Assembly: GCA_043779265.1 (NCBI GenBank)
Contig: JAYWEM010000027.1
Location: forward strand, 1 to 28,945
Direction: 5' to 3'
From: a bacterium
Lineage (GTDB): Bacteria > Eisenbacteria > RBG-16-71-46
Length of the DNA: 28,945 bases
The position numbers were made by a program, and so were the translations under genes. The notes under the pieces were generated by a model, which was not told the origin of the DNA, searched no databases, and was given only the letters and a program-made list of their open reading frames with translations. Below, piece by piece: positions 9,549 to 16,245 of this stretch; the stretch's first letter is position 1; each line of letters begins with the position of its first letter.

Positions 9549-11849
9549 ATGGCCTCGAACCTGCCTCCCGGTGTCACCACCGTCCCGACCATGCAGTCGT
9601 CCCAGCCGGATGCGGCGGGCTCAGGTGCGGGAGGACCAGTCGAGATGGCGCCTCTGCCGCTCGACCGCCACACCGCGCAACTGACGGTGCGCGCGGTGCT
9701 CACCGGCATGGCGCTGGGCGGCGTGCTCTCGATCTGCAATGTCTACACGGGACTCAAGATCGGCTGGAGCACGAACATGTCGATCACGGGCATTCTCCTC
9801 GCCTACGCTATGTGGTCCGGTGTGCGGGCCGCCAGCGGCGGGCGCGTGTCGAAGTTCACGATCCTCGAGAACAACATCAATCAGGCCTCGTGTTCCGCCG
9901 CCGCAGCGGTGTCGTCGGCAGGCCTCGTCTCGGCCATTCCCGCGCTCACGCTCATCACCGGCGAGGTGTTCAAGTGGGGCATGCTCGTGCTGTGGGTGTT
10001 CGCGGTGTGCCTCGTCGGGATCACCGTCGCGACGGGACTTCGCAGGCAGATGATCGTCGAGGACAAGCTGCCGTTCCCGAGCGGCATCGCCTGCGCCGCG
10101 ACACTGACTGAGATCTACGGCAAGGGCTCGGAAGCCATCAGTCGTGTGGTGATGATGGCCGTCGCGGCGATCATCGCGGGCGGCGTCAAAGTGCTCAGCA
10201 TCATCGGTCTGCTCCAGGCGTTCTACCCCATCTTCGGATTGAAGATCGGCGGCGAGGCGGCTAGGCGATACACGATGGCCCTCGATCCGAACCTGCTGAT
10301 GGTGGGCGTCGGAGGACTGATCGGCTTTCGTGCCGCCGTCTCGCTGCTGCTGGGCGCGATTCTCGCGTGGGGCGTGATCGGGCCGCGCATCGTCGAGAAC
10401 GGTGCGGCGCGATTGAAGGCGAGTGAGACCCTGATGGTGGTGCCGGCGGGGGTGACCTTCCAGCCTCGCGATCGCATGGACTACCAGCCGGTGCGCAAGC
10501 AACTGGTGTTCAACGGCCGCATGAGCGATGAGCAGTTCGCGCGCTTCGCCGCGAAGAGCGATGACGTGTTCTATCTCGAAGCACTCGCCAAGCTGCGGCT
10601 GGAATCCAATCATCGCTTCATGCCAGGGGCAGCCGAGCCGAGCGACTACCTCACCACGCGCCCCCTGCCGTCAGGGGAGTCGCTGGTGGTTCCCGAGGCG
10701 CTGTCGGGTCGCGTACGTCTGGTCGAAAGTGGTGCAGCGGTGCAGGTGACCGGCGCTCTCTCGGAGAGTGATCGTGACGCGCTCGGCAGGAGTGCTTCGC
10801 CGGCGGTCGTCGCGGCCCTGGCTTCACTGCAGAGCGGATCGCAGTTCGCTCAGCCGGCCCCGAACTTCTCCGACCTGGTCGAGTGGCTGCTGTGGCCGGG
10901 CGTGACGCTCATGGTCGTGTCGTCGCTCGTGGCGTTCGGCTTCTCGTGGCGATCGATGCTCCGTTCCTTCAGCGGCAAGCGCGACGAGTCGGACGCACCG
11001 GTCGAGGACACGGGCGAGGTCAGCCGGCAGTGGTTCGTCGCGGGACTGGCCGTGGCGCTTATCTTCGCCGTCACGCTGCAGGTGCTGTTCTTCGACATCA
11101 TCTGGTACGCGGCGGTGCTGGGCGTTCTGATGTCGTTCGTGCTGGCGGTGGTGGCATCGCGAGTCGCGGGCGAGACCAACACGACTCCGGTCGGCGCGAT
11201 GGGCAAGGTCACGCAGTTGGTCTTCGGCGTGATGGTGCCGAGCAGTCCCGCGGCCAACCTCATGACCGCCAACGTCACGGGCGGCGCCGCCAGCCAGTGC
11301 GCCGACCTCATGCATGACTTCAAGTGCGGGCATCTCCTCGGTGCGACCGCGCGATACCAGGCCGTCGGCCAGATCGGCGGCGCGCTCGCGGGCGCGCTGC
11401 TGGGTTCGCTCTTCTATCTCATCCTCATCCCCGATCCCAGATCGATGCTGCTCACGCCCGAGTGGCCCGCACCGGCCGTCGCCACGTGGAAGGCGGTTGC
11501 CGATCTGTTCGCGATCGGCATCGAAGCTCTGCCCGACGGCACGCTCATGGCCATCGCCATCGCCGCGATGATCGGCATCCTGTTGCCCGTCCTCGATCGC
11601 ACCGTGACGAAGAAGTTCAAGAACTGGGTTCCCAGTGCATCGGGCCTGGGCCTGGCATTCGTGATCAATGGTCACAACTCGATCTCGATGTTCATCGGCG
11701 CGCTGATCGCACTGGTGATCGGCAAGCTCTTCCCGCGTTGGACCGATCGATTCTGGGTGACGATCTGCGCGGGTCTCATCGCGGGCGAGAGTCTCACGGG
11801 TGCGGGTGACGCGGTGCGGCTGGTCATCCAAGGGGCGATCGGCAAGTGA
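9549..11849 (+). CDS. OPT-family oligopeptide (or metal-chelate) transporter with large loop insertion
   Basis: OPT motifs QLTVRAVLTG, NVYTGLKIGW, ILENNINQ, LPFPSGIACA, GETNTTPVGAMGKVTQL, DLMHDFKCGHLLGA, GLIAGES; many TM helices. Start uncertain (9489, 9549 or 9591). Confidence 0.92.
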   Translation: MASNLPPGVTTVPTMQSSQPDAAGSGAGGPVEMAPLPLDRHTAQLTVRAVLTGMALGGVLSICNVYTGLKIGWSTNMSITGILLAYAMWSGVRAASGGRVSKFTILENNINQASCSAAAAVSSAGLVSAIPALTLITGEVFKWGMLVLWVFAVCLVGITVATGLRRQMIVEDKLPFPSGIACAATLTEIYGKGSEAISRVVMMAVAAIIAGGVKVLSIIGLLQAFYPIFGLKIGGEAARRYTMALDPNLLMVGVGGLIGFRAAVSLLLGAILAWGVIGPRIVENGAARLKASETLMVVPAGVTFQPRDRMDYQPVRKQLVFNGRMSDEQFARFAAKSDDVFYLEALAKLRLESNHRFMPGAAEPSDYLTTRPLPSGESLVVPEALSGRVRLVESGAAVQVTGALSESDRDALGRSASPAVVAALASLQSGSQFAQPAPNFSDLVEWLLWPGVTLMVVSSLVAFGFSWRSMLRSFSGKRDESDAPVEDTGEVSRQWFVAGLAVALIFAVTLQVLFFDIIWYAAVLGVLMSFVLAVVASRVAGETNTTPVGAMGKVTQLVFGVMVPSSPAANLMTANVTGGAASQCADLMHDFKCGHLLGATARYQAVGQIGGALAGALLGSLFYLILIPDPRSMLLTPEWPAPAVATWKAVADLFAIGIEALPDGTLMAIAIAAMIGILLPVLDRTVTKKFKNWVPSASGLGLAFVINGHNSISMFIGALIALVIGKLFPRWTDRFWVTICAGLIAGESLTGAGDAVRLVIQGAIGK

Positions 11850-13165
11850 GCGTGGTGGCCGCGGGTCCCGCTCTTCCGTCCGAGCCTCTCCGCCGCTCCC
11901 TCAAGCTGTTCGACATCGTCGCGCTCGGGGTGAACAGCGTGATCGGCACTGGGATCTTCTTCCTCCCGGGCAAGGTCGCGGCGATGATGGGCCCCGCCGC
12001 CCTGCTCACCTTCCTGATCTCCGCGGTTCTCTGCAGCCTTCTGATCCTCTGCTTCGCCGAACTGGCAAGCCGGTTCACCGCGACCGGCGGACCGATGCGC
12101 TATGCGGAGGCTGCGTTCGGGCGAACCGCGGGCTTCGTGGTGGGCTGGCTGTCGTGGCTCACCCGCCTGATCGCCTGGGCGGCTCTCGTCAACGGCCTCT
12201 TCACCGCCGCCGTGACGCTCTTCCCCGCTGTGGAACCGCATCGCGTCGCGTTCCTGGTCGCGGCCGTCGTGGCGCTCGCGGGAGTGAACGTGATCGGCGT
12301 GGCGCTCGGATCGCGGATCACGAATGTCATCACCATCGCCAAGCTGCTCCCCATCCTTGTCTTGATCGTGGTCGGGATCTTCCAGATCCGCGGCGACTTG
12401 TTCGTTCCATTCGCCCCGCAGGGTTTCGGAGAGCTTGGTCCCGCCACGATGGTGATCCTGTTCGCATTCGTCGGCTTCGAGGTCCTGACCATTCCCGCAG
12501 GCGAGATGCGCGAACCCAAGCGAGCCCTGCCGCGGGCGCTCATTCTGGTCATGTCGGTCGTGACGGTGACCTACTTGTTGTTATGGGTCGTCTGCGCGGG
12601 CACCCTGCCCCAGTTGGCGGGTGCCGCGAACCCGGTGGCCGACGCGGCCGTCGTGATCCTCGGACCCATCGGCGGGACGATGATCGCCGCGGGGATCTTC
12701 ATCTCCGTGCTGGGCGTGAATGCCGCCAGCGCTCTCATCGCGCCGCGCGCTCTGTACGCGCTGGCCCGCGACGGGATGCTGCCGCGGTTCCTGGCCCGGG
12801 TGCACCCGCGCACGGGGACGCCGGTTGTCGCGATCGTCGTGACGTCCGGACTGGCGCTGCTGCTCGCCGTCTCGGGGAGCTTCGTCGAACTGGCGCTCAT
12901 GTCGATGGTGGCGCGCATGGCCCAGTACTACGCGACGTGCGGCGCACTGATCCGGCTGCGCGCCACGCGCCCGGACGAGGCGCCTGAGTTCCGGGCACCG
13001 GCTGGGCGCGCGGTCGCGGTGCTGGCGATGCTGGTCTGCACCTGGCTGCTCGTCGAGGCCGACCCGCGCCACCTCGCCTGGGGCGCCGTGGCGATCGTCT
13101 CGGGGCTGGGGCTTCATTTCATCGTGCGGGCGTTCAGCCCTCCGCCGGGAGGCGACCTGCGCTGA
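11846..13165 (+). CDS. APC-family amino acid/polyamine permease
   Basis: LRRSLKLFDIVALGVNSVIGTGIF, FAELASRF..TGG, FAFVGFE, PRALYALARDGMLP; GTGA overlap with the OPT stop indicates translational coupling. Confidence 0.93.
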   Translation: MSVVAAGPALPSEPLRRSLKLFDIVALGVNSVIGTGIFFLPGKVAAMMGPAALLTFLISAVLCSLLILCFAELASRFTATGGPMRYAEAAFGRTAGFVVGWLSWLTRLIAWAALVNGLFTAAVTLFPAVEPHRVAFLVAAVVALAGVNVIGVALGSRITNVITIAKLLPILVLIVVGIFQIRGDLFVPFAPQGFGELGPATMVILFAFVGFEVLTIPAGEMREPKRALPRALILVMSVVTVTYLLLWVVCAGTLPQLAGAANPVADAAVVILGPIGGTMIAAGIFISVLGVNAASALIAPRALYALARDGMLPRFLARVHPRTGTPVVAIVVTSGLALLLAVSGSFVELALMSMVARMAQYYATCGALIRLRATRPDEAPEFRAPAGRAVAVLAMLVCTWLLVEADPRHLAWGAVAIVSGLGLHFIVRAFSPPPGGDLR

Positions 13166-13256
13166 CGAGGGCGTGCCGGTCAGCCGTTCGACCAGCTCGC
13201 GGCGAGCACGGATCCCCGACTGCATCGCCGATCGCGGTCGAGCGGTCTCCCAGGCC

Positions 13257-15953
13257 TCACTTCTTCGCGGTCGCCGTCAGTTCCCGCAAGCGCTCGAACC
13301 AGTTGAACGTGAGTCGGACGCGGCGACGGGTGTCCGCTTCACCGGAGTGTTGCACCGTCCGCAGCGCGATCGCGCCGCTTCCATCCGGCAACAGGTCGTA
13401 GGTGCTGCTGAAGCTCCCCGCGTACTGACCGACTGTCAGCCGCTCGACCGACTCGCCGATCGACACCGCATGAGGCGCCAACTGGATCGGCACCGAGCGG
13501 AGCTTGCCCTCGGTGCGGAAGAACAGCTCATCCCCGCGCTTCGACCACCTCGGCTCACGGCCCCCGTCGGTCGAGACCTGCCACTTGCCTCCGGCCTCGG
13601 GAAACGGCCGGACATAGACCTCGAAACGGCCCGACTCATTGGATTCGTAGGCGAGCCACCGGCCATCGGGAGAGAACTGAGGATTGAGTTCACTCGCCGG
13701 CGAGGCCAGGAGCACCGACTGCGAGTCGGGGGCATCCACCCGCATCGAGACGATGTCCCAGGTGCCGGAGGAGAGATCGACGCACGCCAGGTTCGAACCG
13801 TCCGGACTCCAACCACCGGGGATGCGCATGGACCTGCTGTTGCCGAGCCGTCTCGGCGAACCGGAACCGTCGGATGCGATCACATGCGGCCCCCCCAGGT
13901 TCGCGCCGCCTTGAGTCGAGGCGAATGCGATCCGGCTGCCATCGGGCGACCAGAGGGGAGCCCAATCCGGGCTGTTCTCGGCGAACGTCATCCGCGTCTG
14001 GCTGCGACGCTCGAGGTCGAGCGTCCACACGTCGGTGCCGGCGCCGACTCCCCGGGTGAACGCGGCGCGCCGGCCATCGGGGGAGATCGCGATGCCTTGC
14101 AGGGATTGGCCTCCGATCAGCACCTCGCCCGGGCCGCCGGAGAACCGATGGCGCACCATCTCCACCGAGTCCGCTGCGGCGGTCCCGACCCAGGTGAGGA
14201 GCGTGCCGTTGGCGGCCAGGTCGTATTGCGCACTGCCCTCCGTGATCGACCCGCTCACGTTCTCGACCACCGGAGTCGGAGTGCCCGTGACTTCGAGCTT
14301 GTTGGCATCGAACGGCAGGGCGTGGAGGGTGCCCTCATGCACGTACAGGATGTGGCCGGTCGGGCTGTATCGAGGCTGCGAGCCGCCTTCATGCAGCGTC
14401 TTGCGTCGGCCGCTCTTCACATCGACGACTTCGATCCGGCTCTGACCTTGGCCGAGCAGCGCATTGAATGACACGAACAGCACGGCGTTGCGGCCGGGGA
14501 TCCAACTCGGCCAGCGGTGGGAACTCTCACCTCGGAGCGAGTCGAGCTGGGTCAAAACTTGGGGCTCTCCCCCTGCCGCCGGAATGCGCATCAGCCCGCT
14601 CGCAAGCGTCCTGCTGTAAACGATCGTGCCGTCCTCCCCCCACGTGCCGCCGCGGTTCAGGCTGACCGGCGCGAGCACGACGGGTGAGCCGCCGCGGACG
14701 GAGACCTTCTTCAGTTCGGAGCGGGTGACGAAGGCGATCCACTCGCCATCGGGAGAGAAGAACTGGTGATAGGCCAGCTTGGTTCCGGCGATCAAGCGAG
14801 GGGTCGCATTCCCGATCTCGCGCACATAGAGATCGCGCTCTTCGCCCGATGTGACGAACGCGATCCGATCGCCCTGCGGCGAGAGCACTGCCGCCGCCCC
14901 GTAGCCCATCTGCATGGGCAGCGGCGAGAGCTCGACGTCCAGCTCCATCACTGTTGGCGGCGGGACGGCGGCGCGCCATGGCGCCCACACGGCGGCGATC
15001 GCGGCCACCGCGAGTGCCGCGGCGATCGCCCAAGCGAGGTGCGGCGGCTTCGCCGCGGGCGCCGCCGCCGCCTCGGGCCTCGGCGTCGAACGCCAAGCGT
15101 TCGGGTCTGCGAGATAGTCGTCGATCACCAGCCGCGCTTCGCCGATGTCGCGGAGCCGCCGCTTGGGGTCCTTGTCGAGGCAGCGCCGCATCAGGCGCTC
15201 GATCGGCGTGGGCAGGTCCTTCGGCAGCCGTGACCAGTCGATGTCGCGCATCATCACCGCCGCCATGACCTCGGAGATGGTCTCGCCGGTGAACGGCTGC
15301 TCGCCCGTCAGCATCTCGAACAGCACGACGCCGAACGCCCAGATGTCCGCCCGGCGGTCCACCCGCTTGCCCTTCGCCTGCTCGGGGCTCATGTAGGCGG
15401 CGGTGCCGAGGATCATGCCCGCCATCGTGCCGCCGATCGGCAGCGTCGGCGAAAGGCTCAGGTCCGAGGTGCTCGCCTCGCCATCGAATCCCTTGGCGAG
15501 GCCGAAGTCGAGCACCTTGACGGTGCCGTCGGTGGTGATCATCACGTTGCCGGGCTTGAGGTCGCGATGGAGCACACCCTGCTCGTGCGCCGCCTCGATC
15601 GCCAGGCACATCTGGCGTGCCAGCGAGAGCGTCTCGTCAAGCGGCACTGCGCCGCGATGGATGCGGACGCTCAGCGTTTCGCCGCGCACCAGCTCGAGCA
15701 CCAGGCAGCGGACGCCATCCGCCTCCTCGATGCCGTAGATGGCGCCGATGTTGGGATGGTTCAGCGAGGCGAGCATCTGAGCCTCGCGCTGGAATCTCCC
15801 CATCCGCTCGACATCGCCGGCCAGATGCGGCGGCAGCACCTTGAGCGCCACGTCCCGCCCCAGCTTGCTGTCGCGTGCGAGCCACACCTCGCCCATGCCG
15901 CCCGCGCCCAACCGATCGAGAACCTCGTAGTGCTGGATGCGCTTGCCGATCAT
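13257..15953 (-). CDS. Ser/Thr protein kinase 3 (kinase–TM–TolB/PD40-like propeller)
   Basis: Start MIGKRIQHY at 15953 with GGAGA SD; GAGGMGEV, VALK, HRDLKPGN, DFG, GTAAYMSPEQ; TM LAWAIAAALAVAAIAAVW; multiple SPDG repeats. Confidence 0.95.
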   Translation of the reverse strand: MIGKRIQHYEVLDRLGAGGMGEVWLARDSKLGRDVALKVLPPHLAGDVERMGRFQREAQMLASLNHPNIGAIYGIEEADGVRCLVLELVRGETLSVRIHRGAVPLDETLSLARQMCLAIEAAHEQGVLHRDLKPGNVMITTDGTVKVLDFGLAKGFDGEASTSDLSLSPTLPIGGTMAGMILGTAAYMSPEQAKGKRVDRRADIWAFGVVLFEMLTGEQPFTGETISEVMAAVMMRDIDWSRLPKDLPTPIERLMRRCLDKDPKRRLRDIGEARLVIDDYLADPNAWRSTPRPEAAAAPAAKPPHLAWAIAAALAVAAIAAVWAPWRAAVPPPTVMELDVELSPLPMQMGYGAAAVLSPQGDRIAFVTSGEERDLYVREIGNATPRLIAGTKLAYHQFFSPDGEWIAFVTRSELKKVSVRGGSPVVLAPVSLNRGGTWGEDGTIVYSRTLASGLMRIPAAGGEPQVLTQLDSLRGESSHRWPSWIPGRNAVLFVSFNALLGQGQSRIEVVDVKSGRRKTLHEGGSQPRYSPTGHILYVHEGTLHALPFDANKLEVTGTPTPVVENVSGSITEGSAQYDLAANGTLLTWVGTAAADSVEMVRHRFSGGPGEVLIGGQSLQGIAISPDGRRAAFTRGVGAGTDVWTLDLERRSQTRMTFAENSPDWAPLWSPDGSRIAFASTQGGANLGGPHVIASDGSGSPRRLGNSRSMRIPGGWSPDGSNLACVDLSSGTWDIVSMRVDAPDSQSVLLASPASELNPQFSPDGRWLAYESNESGRFEVYVRPFPEAGGKWQVSTDGGREPRWSKRGDELFFRTEGKLRSVPIQLAPHAVSIGESVERLTVGQYAGSFSSTYDLLPDGSGAIALRTVQHSGEADTRRRVRLTFNWFERLRELTATAKK

Positions 15954-16011
15954 GCCTGTTGTCTCCGGGCGATGCGGGGGTGTGTGGCCAGTGCGCATGC
16001 GGACAGTCGGA

Positions 16012-16022
16012 GCGGGACACTA
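16012..16022 (-). promoter_or_regulatory. Putative -10 motif TAGTGT-CCCGC upstream of kinase 3
   Basis: Same TAGTnTCCCGC string as before kinases 1 and 2, here about 60 nt upstream of the start. Confidence 0.45.
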
Positions 16023-16206
16023 TCGCGTTCGCAGCGCCGTGCGCCAGCGGGGCGGGGCACCTCCCACTCCCGCGCCCGCTCTCGGCCTGGCGCAATGCGA
16101 GCGCGGCGCTATGCGGCCACCTGAGCCCGCGTGTATCCTGCCGCTCGATCATCGTCGTCGCCCCCGAGGCGCAGGTGGCTCCACGTAACTAATGTAGGGA
16201 GACAGC

Positions 16207-16245
16207 ATGCCGACATCGGTCGTGGACTTCGGGCAGCTCGCGTGA
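16207..16245 (+). CDS. Putative 12-aa leader peptide MPTSVVDFGQLA coupled to kinase 4
   Basis: GGGAGA SD before ATG 16207; its TGA (16243-16245) overlaps the kinase GTG (16242-16244). Confidence 0.3.
   Translation: MPTSVVDFGQLA

Noticed and set aside
13166..13256. Possible bidirectional terminator between the APC permease and kinase 3
   Set aside because: Only loose, long-loop complementarity and no U-tract.
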